From: Octopus bimaculoides
Taxonomy: Eukaryota
DNA length: 64,000 nt
Reading direction: 5' to 3'
NCBI RefSeq assembly: GCF_001194135.2
Contig: NC_068995.1
Coordinates: 43,143,622-43,207,621 of the forward strand
Shown: positions 1-13,048 of the stretch, one piece after another
How positions within the stretch are numbered: position 1 is the stretch's first letter
How the letters are laid out: every line of letters starts with the position of its first letter
The notes under the pieces: model-generated
What the model was told of the DNA's origin: nothing
Seen by the model: the letters and a program-made list of their open reading frames with translations, nothing else
Databases searched by the model: none
Made by a program: the position numbers and the translations under genes

Positions 1-310
1 TATATATATGTGTATATGCATATATACATATATATATATATGTATACACATGTTACATCTTCCGCTTTTCATTTGCCATATATAAACATATATATATATG
101 TGTATATGTGTGTGTGTGTATATGTGTGTGNNNNNNNNNNGTGTGTGTATATGTGTGTGTGCATATGTGTGTGTGTGTATATGTGTGTGTGTATGTATAT
201 ATATATATGCATATACATACATATATATGTCGTTTACTTATGTTTTTGTCTCTATGCACGCACATATATGTACGTGCATATAAACACAAACTCACTCATC
301 ATATACACAT
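1..310. repeat. Compound (TA)n/(TG)n microsatellite
   Basis: Alternating TA, TG and TATG units around a 10-N gap; source of the YI/CV/HT-repeat ORFs. Confidence 0.95.
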
Positions 311-827
311 ATATGCATTTATATATGTATGTAGTTATATTGACGGGTCTCGGTGCTTATATACATAATCATATGTTCATAAATATCATTATAGAGATAT
401 CTGTATAGAAAAAGGTACACAAACCATCGTTATAAACACATCAATTCGTTTGCGTGTCAGATTATTTTAACAAATGTTAATATATGAACAATATGCATTC
501 TTTTTCAATTTATTTTCATACGAACGTGAGGTAGATCATTATTTATAGCGAGATTATATTTTGTTGCTTTAGTCCATAAAACTGAGACATAAATCTGAAT
601 TTTTACGAGTTTAACCTATTGAAATTGAGAAATCTATAACTCAGCATTGCGTGTAGTGTTGGTTGGCGAAGAATTAATTATCAGAGAGTAAAATACTGTT
701 CTTACAAATTTGCTTTTATTTGTTTATTCTTATTGGGTGCACGAGAGTATAAAATACTTGGTCTTTGCGGAACCGTATCTTCTGAGTTCGAATCTATCTT
801 TATATGTATGTATGTATGTATGTATAA

Positions 828-861
<34 letters not shown>

Positions 862-906
862 TCATATATTGGCGCATTATTCCTATGAAGGAATTAGTCG
901 CTATTT

Positions 907-1097
907 AAGGTGGTGAGCTGGTAGAATCGTTAGCACCTTAGGCAAAATGCTTAGCGGTATTTTGTCCGACTTTGCGTTCTGTGTTGATTTTCTACCAAGT
1001 TCGAATTTGCCTTTCATCCTTTCGGTTTAGAAATACCTTTCCAGAACCTACTCCCTCGATCTGACTGACCTTGTGCTAAAATTTCAAACAAATAATT
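907..1097 (+). mobile_element. SINE family A copy (degenerate)
   Basis: Head aaggtggtgagctggtagaatcgttagc...aaatgcttagcggtatt and tail ttgtgctaaaatttcaaac are shared with the copies at 26481, 48181 and 49221. Confidence 0.8.
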
Positions 1098-1154
1098 AGA
1101 GACTGTTTTGGGATTAAGATTTCAAGCTTTGTTCAGAATTGTTTCTGATTTATG

Positions 1155-1282
1155 CAGAGCCCGACGGCCACTTTACATAAGTACCAGTTACGCACCGGGG
1201 TCGATATATTCGACTTAATCCGTTTGTCTGTCCTTGCTTTTCCCCTCTGTGTGTAGCCCCTTGTTGGCAGTAAAGAAATAAG
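1155..1282 (+). mobile_element. SINE 3' fragment (A-related core, different tail)
   Basis: ataagtaccagttacgcaccggggtcgat matches the family A core; the tail agccccttgttggcagtaaagaaataagaa recurs reverse-complemented at about 62868-62912. Confidence 0.65.
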
Positions 1283-1699
1283 AACCGTTAGATCATCTAA
1301 AAAATATACTTTTCGTTCTTGAGTTCAAAGCCCACAGAGGGCAACCCCGTTTGGGTTTGATAAACATGTACTGATGAAGCACTAGGGCCAATGTTACCAA
1401 TTATTGTTCTTCACTACCTGGAAAACTCGTCACAGTTCTTATCCGTTTGAAAGTTTTCATCAAACAAGATACCAAGTATCTTTGACAGTCTCTCGGTTAA
1501 TCGCCTCGCACGCTAGCCGGAGTTACTTACCCGCTAGATGCCTACTAAGTTATCTTCATACATGCATCTGGTAATCGCTCCGCGCCCGGCCCTTCATCTT
1601 CTGTTTAATTCTCCATTTATGAAACACCATAATGAGGATACTGACTGGCTGCATACATCAACCCCCCAGCTTAAGCAGGCTCCTCAACACCTAGCAGTA

Positions 1700-1773
1700 A
1701 GTCACAGCAGCAGTAGATGCATCAGTAATATTAATTGCAGCATCAACAGCAGCAGCAGCAGTAATAGCATCAG

Positions 1774-1804
<31 letters not shown>

Positions 1805-1830
1805 AGCAGTAGTAGTAGTAACAAATACAA
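1700..1830. repeat. (CAG)/(CAT)/(TAG) trinucleotide low-complexity tract
   Basis: Direct inspection. Confidence 0.9.
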
Positions 1831-4800
1831 TAGCAACATGTATTTTTGTCTTATTGATTTCTTTCGTGTCTTAGTTTTATATTTAATATTCTTTAAGCAT
1901 TCAACATATTCTGAATGTCTCGTGTAACTGAAATAAAATGCCGAAACTTAACAAACAGATAAATGAAAGAACCAGCATCTTGCTGTGCATGCAGTTAACC
2001 GTTGCATGCTAGTTCTAACCAATCCCACTTTATGAAAATCAGATTTTGGCAAACCATTTATTTCATGTCTTACTATTTCACATTCTTTGAGAATATTTCA
2101 TGTTCTTTAAAAATATAATACGTTCGAGAATTTCAAAAATGGCACGACAACCTGTTCTTCATTTTCTATTCATTTCACGTTCATTTCAGAAAACAATATG
2201 CAAAGGGTAACTCCATCTATTTATGATGATTAGAAAGGATGGCAATCGAATGGGTGTGATGGCTGTGTCACGCCGATGTGTTCACAAAATAGATTACGTA
2301 GTGGACGTGAGAAGTTCCAGTCAGAAATGTAACTGTGTCCTTGATATCCGTTTTCTGCGATTAGATAATAGGCATATCAAGTTGCTTTATTAACTGTCTC
2401 TACCATCTGCCGATAAATCATGATATTGATTTCTTTTTCACAAAACCAGTTCTAATATATATCAGTGACTGTACATGTTCGATTGAATCGATTCTTGTTC
2501 ATTTGTGAAATGATATTTATGGTTCGTAATCTCGTTTTGGAACGTTGTGGTTTCATGTACAGTCCCACTACGCACCATCTTAAGTAAATGTCTTCTATTA
2601 TAACCTAGAGCTGACCAATTCAATGTCAGTAAATTTTTGCTATCAGTAATTATGTAGAAGCCCGTGGTTTATACACACATACATACAGATAAGATTATAC
2701 ACCTACATGTGAGATTATCTACGTTTTGGCTTCCAACATGTTGACCGTCGGTTCGTGGATTTTCGAAGACCAGAGAGACATGAGATTACGTGTATAATTC
2801 AGGAGAGAACAAATATCACAAGAATCATTACTATGGGAACTTGTCTGTTGGGTCTTCATGTCTGTGATTGCATCGCTATCCAAAATACAGCGGTTAAATA
2901 TAGACATAAACAGAAATGCGCCAACGTGTGCGCACGCATGCATGCACTTTCCCATCAACGCTTGAAGACACACGTTCATGCACCATAGGCACACATATGC
3001 ATGCACGTGCACAAACCCATGCGTACACACGCACTTAGGTACACACACATATAGACACAATATTAGAATACTTTTAAAAAGACAATAACAAATTACTTAA
3101 AAAACTTACTCGGCTTTGCAATGAGCGCGAAAAGTAATGAAGTTCATTGTACGAAGATAATTAAAAGGCTGAAAAGGTCTAATAGTATGGAAACAAGCCA
3201 GAGGTTATGACCCATATTTACCGAAAAACTGAAATAATATTATTGTAAATTGTTCTTTTAATGGGCAATACTTTCAATGCGTTAACCTGAACTTAACTAT
3301 TCTCTTTATGGGAAGGCGTATATGTCACTGCTCATTGCAAAAACAAAATAAAATGTTGACTAAGAAACTGGTAGAGTGTCAGAACACATTGCTTGACACT
3401 GAATAAAACACCAGGAAATCGAAATCTGCCAGATGAAATTTTCCAATGATTTGGACTTAGCTCTTATAATTCATTCAATCAACCTTCGAATTTTCTTAGT
3501 AATGTCTATTGTTTTGTATTGGATGAGAACATTAGATATGAAGTAGTTGATAGTGACGATCTTTGCAGTTTAATACCATAGAGAATTTAATAGTATGGCA
3601 AGTCCTCTTTGAAACTAACCTACTCGAAAGGATATGTTCCGAATAATTATGAAATCTATAGATAGTTATGTTTTGTTTAAAGATTGACACATAAAATATT
3701 CATCGCCATAAGTATTTTTTCTATTATAGCGACTACTGTCCTAGGTGCTAGAGTGCATGCACCATTTTCAGCTAGTTGACAAGAAATCGATATCAAATAC
3801 AAAGGATACAAAAGCATCAACAATAGAGTGAAATTCACAAGTTATTTATACATATTCCCCATGTGTGGCGTACTAATAAGTTATGTTTAATATTATTTTC
3901 ATGCTACTCTGCGTGAAACAGTCGCCTTGGGTGGACACAAATCACCCACGATAAGGTTGTATAAATCTAAAATTGGGTTATAAATTGGATATTTTAGGAA
4001 ATGATAGAATGCGTAGGCCTGTAGGTAATTTTACGTCATCAGTCAGAAATTATGGAATATAAGGAATATATTAAATAGAATTAATGAGTATTTTGGTGTA
4101 CACAAATTAATGACATCAATAATAAAGTTTATACTGTTAAAAATATTGGGGGATCGTTACAACGGCTTAGCAACATCAATTGGCAAATAGAAGTACGTGA
4201 AATGTATGTGGTGAACTATAAATTATAATGAAAAGTAAAGTACTAGACCTCTGAAAGTGAATCAGCAAAAGAAAATTTACAAACCATATATGCCAGAATT
4301 TTTTATACACACTAACAGATTACTTGAATTTAATAACTAATCGAATGCATTTGTACTTTATTCTGAAATTTACTTCCCTCTGTTTGTTGTAACCAGTAAA
4401 ATTCATTGATGCCTTATGTAATATTCTAAACCACTTTACATGCCATTCAATTGTTGACAGTCGAATGAATGCAGGTGTAATGGATATATTGTACCTCAAT
4501 GGTTACATTCCAGAAAGGGACTGCAATGAGAGACGGCAACAGGGAAGCCTACTGTTCATATGTTGCAGAAGGCGAAGGGTTGACATTGGATTGCTGGTGT
4601 GGCTGTAAAATAAGAAACATAAACGGAGCCTATGCAGTCACATGAGAATATGCGGTAGTGAATTACTTGAAAAAATAAAGTGCGGTGGTTTACCGCATGG
4701 TTGGTGAAAGTAATTGGAGAATATGCTTTGATCCTGAAGTCCATGGAGGAAACTGCTTTGTTGATGCAGTCTTCGGATTTGTTGTTATTATGCCGAAATG

Positions 4801-6114
4801 CTATCCATCATTACCATTGAAAAGAGCAGTTGACACTAAAGCGCATCCTAGGATATAGTAATTCCTAAAAAAAAAAAAAATAGAGTTTAAAGAGTTTGAA
4901 ACTATCTCTGGAACATAAGTAATATTTGTTCTCAGTTTAGAGTAAATCAATTGCGAAATTCAAATTTATGCGGGTTTACACACACACAGAGACACAACGT
5001 CACTTGTTTCGTTAATCGTTATTGCTGTCCGGTCATTAAATTTTATCATCAACTGGTTCCTTATTTGATCTATTGGAAGACCAATTATTTATGTTTTAAT
5101 TCTTTGATATATTGAAAGACCTATCATTATTTTTTATTATTATTCGCTAATTTATACTCGTATTTCTCATTTCTACTTTTAGACAATCTTATACTTTCAT
5201 CTTCTACCAATAATTCTTCCTCGTTTTTCCTTTTTCGGGTTTTGTTGGTCATCACTCTTAAGGTGTCCTAAGATTCGATTGCAATGCAATTTTAATTTAT
5301 TTTCCGTTTTTCATACATGTTGACTCTAGTTTTTTTTTTTATTATTATTTAAGCCCCAATGTTTTTTTGAAGGTCGTGTGTTGCTTAGTGTACATAACAT
5401 ATATGTCATTATTTCTTTAAGTGTTATATTTCGATTTCTGACAACTTTTGGGTTTGAGAATGTAACTCATGTGGTTAGGTATTATGTTATGAATTGTATT
5501 CTTTACTGTTTATAATTTTGTTTGCTGTTTATACGATTTTGTTACAATATTTCATTTTGGTGAATAGTTTGTTGTTATAACATTTATATATAGATGAGTG
5601 ATGCATTCCTTTCAAATCCATTTACGCCTGTTCTCTTTCCTTCGTTGTTTCTTTCCTTGAGGAGTAAAAGTTAATTGCTTATTGAAATTGTCAAATATTT
5701 CCTTCAGATAACACGCTCTCATATTAACGTTGGGCTGAAATACAGCTTCATTTTTTTTTTACATTTGTGTTGACTGTCATTTTCTGGTGGAGAATGGAAT
5801 CAATGTGACGTTGATATGAAACATTCCTCGATTGTTAATTTACACGTACCATTGAATCACTGACGAATATGAACACGCGTATTACATTAATTATACAGAA
5901 TAATGCTCAATAAATATTGCAAGCCTTCCTTATACAATTACCTATCAACGCTTTCTTCTTTCGTTTGGATTAAATTCATTAACAATTCTTATTCCATAAT
6001 CTTCGGTGCTGTCAAACAGCGCTCTCTTATGCTAATCGTACATCATATTCTCTGGTTAAACAACCCCAGTGATCTATTGTTGAGTATACTGTGTTGTATT
6101 CTTAAAGCAATCTT

Positions 6115-6151
<37 letters not shown>

Positions 6152-7635
6152 CTCATTAATGTTATTATCATTCAATTTCTGAAAACGTACAGATGCAGAT
6201 GACAAAATGGAGTGTGGGCGAAAGTTATGGTAAATTTCCAACACAACGTTTGATGTTTTATTATTTGTGATTGAACATCATTTCATGATTGACTTTTATC
6301 TTTGCGAGGATTATGAAGTAAGTAGAAGAAATACTGCCTTTTTTGCTTTCTATCGCCGTTACTCTAACGTTCCAAAAGTGTTTGGCATATTGCCTGATGT
6401 ATTCTTCGAAATATCTTGGAATTCACTGGAAATACAACTCTCAAGAGGGAAAATAAATTATGAAAATGGTAAACACAAATAAGAAGAACTATTCCAAGAT
6501 TGATATTATTGCAAGCAAATTATTCCCAATGGTGTACAAAGAATAAATCATTTTACATTTACTACACCATGAATATTTTTACATACGAGGCGTGAGTTGT
6601 TTCAAGATAAATAAAATAAATAATTAATGAGAAATAGAAACAATATATTCAAATTTATGTGAGTGTATAAGTGGGAAAATATTCGATTAAAATTTGAAAA
6701 CTTGAAGCAGAATTGTTGTTAGTTTTCTCTTTCATGGATATCTAATTGCTGATAAAAGAAAACTGGTTAATGGGGTAGAGAGAAGGGAATAATAAGGCTG
6801 GATGAGATTAAAATAGAATATATAGAATATATGCGAGAGAAATCACGAGAGAAACACATACATTTATGATATATATATATATCTCATATGATATATATAT
6901 ATATATATGTATATATATGTATATATATATATATATANNNNNNNNNNNNNNNNNNNNNNNNNNNNNNNNNNNNATATCAAGGATGAAGAAAAGAAAAGTA
7001 TCTATCGTGATAGCCACCATGGCAGACCGAGTGTGACAGTGTTAAATTGTACTACAAAAAAAAAAGATCATCACGTTTGTAATTAAACATCTATCAGACA
7101 ACACTATCAAATCCCAACTTGCAAAATAATGAAATAAATTCCTTCACAGAAATATAGCATTAAAGAATTCCCTGATTCTTTTGCACATTTCACACACTAC
7201 CGAATTCTCTAATGTTAAAGCTTGGTTATTTTTTGTTTTAAATCTAGTAATCTCACATTCTCCAGTTCGATTATTCTAAAATATTTTACTGTTGAATGTG
7301 AGAAAGTTCTTTTTATAGCCAACAATTGACGATTACCTTTTCTTCTTTTTTTTTCCTTTCACAGTGAATCAATGATTCGCATCTTTATATTTATTCTTCA
7401 ATAAAAATCATTTGTTCTTATATAATACTTTATCTCTATTTACATACTTATTTGGTGTTTCAGCACGGTCGCCTGAATTCCAGATAAAATGTTTTGCGGT
7501 ATATCTTTAGGTTCTGTGTTCATACCTCACCTAGGTCAGCTTTCCCTTAAATTCCTACTCTTTCTAGAAAAAGAAAGAACCAACGAATAATTGTGAGTGG
7601 ATTAATATCTTCTTAAAGCTTACCCATGAGATCTA

Positions 7636-8004
7636 TTATCACCTCCGTCTTAGCAAAAGCAGAGGTATTGTTTCCAGTCATGTTTGTCTGTTTGTTTGTT
7701 TGTCTGTCCGTGGACAAAATATCTCAAGAACCGCTGGATGGATTGCAAGGAAACTTTCAAGGAAGTTTGGCCTCATGACTGGTACGAACTGATTATATTT
7801 GGGGCTCGATCCGGTACCGGACAAGGATTCTGGATTATTTTTCCTGTTTTTCTTTTTTTACTTAATTTTTGGGAGCGGCCGGGTTCATTTTTAGTATTCT
7901 CGTTTGTGAGAACCGTCGGGTTTATTTCAAATATCCTCATTTTAAAAATCGCCTCTGGCTGGGTTAGACTTGGCGGAGGTTTGCGCTCTCTGAGTGCTTT
8001 TGTT
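7636..8004 (+). mobile_element. Non-autonomous Helentron-like (HINE/DINE-1-type) element
   Basis: Subterminal inverted repeats acctccgtc (7641-7649) and ggcggaggt (7972-7980); 5' palindrome acctc..gaggt; (GTTT/GTCT)n near the 5' end; 3' hairpin gcgctc-tct-gagtgc (7983-7997) followed by a T-run. Confidence 0.7.
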
Positions 8005-8149
8005 GTAATATGGTATTATGTCCAAAATTAACATTTCTCGTCATCGAAATTATGTCAGAATTATCATGGTAGATTGTATCGTTGTTTGCACTTTTGAATT
8101 GAAAACTTTGAAGAATTGTTCACATGTCGATGCTATAAACTCTGTTCCT

Positions 8150-8460
8150 TGTATTCTTTGATTGGCTGAACTCCATGGCTAGTTATTCCCAACATCTCTG
8201 ACTATCCTCGATGGTCTAGCCACTTTTCTTCATATTCTTAAAATCTCCTTCATTTAATAAACTCTCCATGCCTCTTTCTTCTTAAAATCCGTAAAAGTCA
8301 CTGCACAGCTATCATTCCCAAAGAACCCCAACCACCACTAACAATGATGCCGACACACTGACAGAATGCTTTAGAATCACACATTTCCATTTACCTCATA
8401 TATTTCGATTTATCAGAGCAGAACATCAAATTTCCACTGGATATTACATTTCCATTTTCG
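8150..8460 (-). mobile_element. Highly degraded RTE-like LINE fragment
   Basis: Minus-strand translation GNDSCAVTFTDFKKKEAWR then ESLLNEGDF resembles the KEAWR..Y..LLN.EN segment upstream of RTE-clade RT domains; frameshifted. Confidence 0.35.
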
Positions 8461-9844
8461 GCTGTTTCTTTACTCCATTACCTTGTCATTCATTAAATAG
8501 CATTTATTCTGGTGAGACGTGTGTTTCCGTGTGTATTTTATATATAGTTACATGTAGAGTGATAAATCAAATGTCCACGATAAAGATTGTCTACAATAGT
8601 GCAGCTGATGCTACACAAGGGCAGCCCAGACCATGTTCAAGAAAGAGGAACCCGACTATTTGACATAAAATCACCTAAACACACACACCCACTTCAGGCT
8701 TTACCGCACAGACCCCATTTCCCTCTCACTCTCTCTCCCTCGCTTTCGATGCATCTTCTTCCCCCTTTCTCTCTCTCTCTCTCTCTCTCCCACTTTCTCA
8801 CCCTCTCTCTCTCCCACTTTCTCACCCTCTCTCTCACTATCTCTTCCCCTCAACTTTTCTCTTTCTTCCTCCTCTCTCTATTCTTCTCTCCACCTGTCAC
8901 TCGCTCATTCCGCCTATCCCACTCCAACAGTAATGGTAACTGTTACTTGGTGCAGACAGGTATCATACCAAATGCCTTCAGTCACTCCAAACCCAATCGC
9001 TTTACCTCCCCTTCTCACTCATATTATGGCCAACCCTCAGGTTACACACACTCAATTATACCTCGACGATAGCTGAAACGATAGTCTTCTCACTACTAAC
9101 GGCTTTATTCCAATATCGATGTTTACGAGTCTGTTTTCTGGAAAATTGAAGCAGCAAATTTACTTTGTCTTGGCTTACTCATTTTGCCCCAGCCAAATTA
9201 GTCTCATACACTCAAAGTGAACGGTGATAACTTAATGGAATAGCGATCAGGTTAATATATATATGCGTTTGTGTGTGTACTGATATGCGTGTATTTGTTG
9301 TTGCGTATGTGTTGTTGCTTTTGTAGCACCATTTTATCTATTAACGTTGAATAATTGGCCAGTTCGCCTATTGTATGCATTATCATTCTGAAATCGTAGC
9401 TTCTTGTATGCTCTCTTTTGGCAGATCCTCTTAAATTTTCCGCGTGTGTTTCTTGCATCTGTAGTTATTAGTCATAGTGTATTTATGATATTTCAGTATT
9501 GCTATGTATGGGGAAGAAGACAACACTCACAAATCACGGGACAACAGGCAATATTTTCATTTTAGTATTTTATTGGTCGTCATATTTGATAAATTACGTT
9601 GTATTCTTCAATTGTTTATGTGTCTTAGGTTTCCTCGTTATGTAGACTATTTATATTTCATTGTACAAATATTAATGAGAAAGAGATTAGTAAAAATAAC
9701 CTTGAGTTGTACTTAGAGGCGCCGGCTTTATAAAGATTTTCTCATATTGAACTTTGATTGGTTGATCGCAGCAGATTATTTCAGATCAGGATCGTCCATA
9801 TCCATCTTATCGATATTTAGTTCCTCCACCTCCTCTTCCTTCGT

Positions 9845-9992
9845 CTTCTCGTTCTGAGTTCAAATTCCGCCTCCAGCTGACCTACGCCTTGTGGGGGAAT
9901 TTGGTAGAGGGGAAACTGAAAGAAGCCCTTGAAGGTGGTACTCCATCATAGCTGCAGTCAAATGTCTGAAACAAGTAAAAGAACAAAAGGTG
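9845..9992 (+). mobile_element. Chimeric, deleted SINE (family A piece + family B pieces)
   Basis: cgttctgagttcaaattccgcc (A), then ggaaactgaaagaagccc (B middle) joined directly to gaaggtggtactccatcatagctgcagtcaaatgtctgaaacaagtaaaag (B tail). Confidence 0.65.
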
Positions 9993-10003
9993 TAACACAC
10001 ACA

Positions 10004-10072
<69 letters not shown>

Positions 10073-10539
10073 TCTATCTAACTATGTAATAGTGAATTAT
10101 TTCCCTATCTTCTTGTTTGTGTTTATTAGATTTCTTGTAGATGTAGCTTCCGAATGCACCTAAAGTATTAATCTTCAATTTTTTTTTTTACTTTCTACAT
10201 TCTTCACAATACACATTCAGTATATTATATTCAAATGTTTATAACAAAGACGGCTAATACATCTAAACCTATCGTATTTCTAGTTTTGATTTCATTCGGT
10301 TTTGATATCAAATTTACTCGTCTGTGGTTCATCTTTATAATAGCGTATTTTATTTCATTGCCTTCTAGCCTAACTACTACTAAATATCTCTATAAAATCA
10401 GTCGTGTTTAATTTACTGTTCCATTTTATAGTAGCTGTGGTGCGTTTGTCTATTTCCACACGTATACATAAATACATATGCAATATACATACATACAAAC
10501 ATATATATATATGTTTATATATATATATATATATATATA

Positions 10540-11457
10540 NNNNNNNNNNNNNNNNNNNNNNNNNNNNNNNNNNNNNNNNNNNNNNNNNNNNNNNNNNNNN
10601 NNNNNNNNNNNNNNNNNNNNNNNNNNNNNNNNNNNNNNNNNNNNNNNNNNNNNNNNNNNNNNNNNNNNNNNNNNNNNNNNNNNNNNNNNNNNNNNNNNNN
10701 NNNNNNNNNNNNNNNNNNNNNNNNNNNNNNNNNNNNNNNNNNNNNNNNNNNNNNNNNNNNNNNNNNNNNNNNNNNNNNNNNNNNNNNNNNNNNNNNNNNN
10801 NNNNNNNNNNNNNNNNNNNNNNNNNNNNNNNNNNNNNNNNNNNNNNNNNNNNNNNNNNNNNNNNNNNNNNNNNNNNNNNNNNNNNNNNNNNNNNNNNNNN
10901 NNNNNNNNNNNNNNNNNNNNNNNNNNNNNNNNNNNNNNNNNNNNNNNNNNNNNNNNNNNNNNNNNNNNNNNNNNNNNNNNNNNNNNNNNNNNNNNNNNNN
11001 NNNNNNNNNNNNNNNNNNNNNNNNNNNNNNNNNNNNNNNNNNNNNNNNNNNNNNNNNNNNNNNNNNNNNNNNNNNNNNNNNNNNNNNNNNNNNNNNNNNN
11101 NNNNNNNNNNNNNNNNNNNNNNNNNNNNNNNNNNNNNNNNNNNNNNNNNNNNNNNNNNNNNNNNNNNNNNNNNNNNNNNNNNNNNNNNNNNNNNNNNNNN
11201 NNNNNNNNNNNNNNNNNNNNNNNNNNNNNNNNNNNNNNNNNNNNNNNNNNNNNNNNNNNNNNNNNNNNNNNNNNNNNNNNNNNNNNNNNNNNNNNNNNNN
11301 NNNNNNNNNNNNNNNNNNNNNNNNNNNNNNNNNNNNNNNNNNNNNNNNNNNNNNNNNNNNNNNNNNNNNNNNNNNNNNNNNNNNNNNNNNNNNNNNNNNN
11401 NNNNNNNNNNNNNNNNNNNNNNNNNNNNNNNNNNNNNNNNNNNNNNNNNNNNNNNNN
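10540..11457. other. Assembly gap flanked by (TA)n
   Basis: 918 N. Other large gaps: 21131-21422, 28805-28914, 37138-37669, 43267-43450, 46410-46757, 51247-51653, 56112-56260, 62913-63012. Confidence 1.
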
Positions 11458-11514
<57 letters not shown>

Positions 11515-11759
11515 ATACACACATTTGGTTATAGTCTGATATCAAGTAACAAAGTATAGATGTTATAACAAAACACTCAGCTCCACGAGAAGATTCTTTT
11601 ATTTAGGGGTACACAGCAGTATTTAATTAAATTCTCCTATGTTAAACTGTTAATGCTGGTTTGATTTTAATTGCTTTCTCATTGTCTGGTGGTGATAATT
11701 ACTGTTAGAGGTGTGCTGATATAATTGCTTGCTTCTTTTGCAGTGATTATGCTTGTAGT

Positions 11760-12000
11760 TTTGGTATTGTTGTTGTTGTTGTTGTTGTTTCTGCTGTGGT
11801 TGCCACCATGCCCTTTCTCTTCCGCTTCCTTATCCTCCTCCTGCTCCTGCTCCTCTTTTTCCGCCTCCTCCGCCTCTCCTCTTTTTCCCCCTCCTCCGCT
11901 TCCTACTCCTCCTCATTATCTTTAACGTCATCACCATTATCATTATCATCACCATCGTCATTGTCACCATCATCGTCGTCGTCGGTGTCATCATCATCTA
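11760..12000. repeat. (GTT)/(CTC)/(CAT) low-complexity tract
   Basis: Direct inspection. Confidence 0.85.
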
Positions 12001-12183
12001 AAGTTGTTAGTGTTGCTGTAATTACGCCACGTAGTCATTCCATAATTATTTTATAACAATGTTTTCTTTTTTTTTCTTTTTTGTAGTTGATTTACAAAAG
12101 TGTTTTGACAGTGAAATGGATATCGTATAGAAAAGGTATGTTAATTTAATCCCTTATAAGGAAAAGTAGCTACATGCACCCCC

Positions 12184-12239
<56 letters not shown>

Positions 12240-12251
12240 TATTCATTGATA

Positions 12252-12445
12252 CAGTTCTATATTTAAGAGATGAAGAATTATGTACATTTTTTTTACATTA
12301 TTTACATTATTTACATGTCCTCATCTTATTTGTTGTTAACACAGCATTTCGGCTGATATACTCTCCAGCCTTCATCCGGTGTCTTGGGAAAATTTCGACC
12401 CTGGGTTCTCATTCCTAAAGTATTTATAGATGTTGTTATCATCGA
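12252..12445 (-). mobile_element. Family D element, 3' half (hammerhead-bearing, Penelope-associated)
   Basis: The minus strand matches 62758-62809 at 39/49 nt and its tail matches 50481-50535; it contains a degenerate hammerhead motif. Confidence 0.7.
12338..12383 (-). ncRNA. Degenerate minimal type I hammerhead ribozyme motif
   Basis: GACAC-CGGAUGA-A-GGCUG-GAGAGUAUAU-CAGCC-GAAAU-GCU-GUGUU: stems I and II intact, core 6/7 (U4 changed to G), cleavage triplet decayed. Confidence 0.55.
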
Positions 12446-12450
12446 GTTAT

Positions 12451-12970
12451 ATCGTCTTGAAAGAAAGAGATGATCTATCCATAATTTCGGACCCATTGCA
12501 GTACGTTCTCTTTTCCCTAAAGTTAACAATGGTTAGAACACCATCCTGCATATGACAAACAATACAGCGACTGACAATCAGGAAATATAGAATAATAAAT
12601 CTTCAAAACGAATTCAATCATATTCTCCAAGGCAGCCTATTATTCTAGTAGTGTTTGGTCTATCAGGCTGCCAAAATTTAATCTAATAACCTCTCCTATA
12701 TGATACAGCATTAACGTGATTTAAGAAATGCAAAATTACAAGAGACTAAAGGATGCAATAAAAGAAAATGATAATTTTAATGAGGTTGGAAAGGAAATCT
12801 TACTTCCCTCACCAGTTACTTGAGGTCCAAGATACATAACTGAAAAGTAGATACATGGCTGAAAATGACGTAATTCCAAATGCCCAGAAATTACACAAAA
12901 TATCGTTCCTGGACAGGTGGCATCTGACAGGCCAGATTTTATTGCAAGAGTTTTCCAACTAAAGAGACAC
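12451..12970 (+). mobile_element. Helitron Rep/helicase coding fragment (pseudogenised)
   Basis: Across frameshifts and stops: IVLKERDDLSIISDPLQYVLF, NEFNHILQGSLLF**CLVYQAAKI*SNNLSY, VGKEILLPSPVT*GPRY, NSKCPEITQNIVPGQVASDRPDFIARVFQLK. These match the Helitron motifs YDPLQY, GRLFQQY.VD..AKIE, LPSSF.GGPRY and NP.WPEI..PGQ...DRPD..ARVF.LK. Confidence 0.8.
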
Positions 12971-12989
12971 AGTAGAAAATAATATCTAA

Positions 12990-13048
<59 letters not shown>

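Noticed and set aside
10-408. ORFs rich in YI, CV and HT dipeptides here and throughout the track, including those spanning N-runs
   Set aside because: Translations of (TA)n/(TG)n/(CA)n microsatellites and assembly gaps.
1365-1400. ctgatgaagc...ggc resembling a hammerhead core
   Set aside because: No GAAA after the putative stem II and no convincing stem I.
1500-1705. CpG-richer patch with GTAAGT donors on both strands and a 129-aa ORF
   Set aside because: Stops in all minus frames before the donor; the + ORF is half microsatellite; no recognisable product.
4460-4830. Possible decayed RTE C-terminus (LQKAKG*HWIAGV..KVRWF)
   Set aside because: Similarity too weak to separate from chance by eye.
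6296-6325. Possible 9-nt microexon GATTATGAA before GTAAGT
   Set aside because: The acceptor is a rare GAG; such matches are expected by chance in 64 kb.
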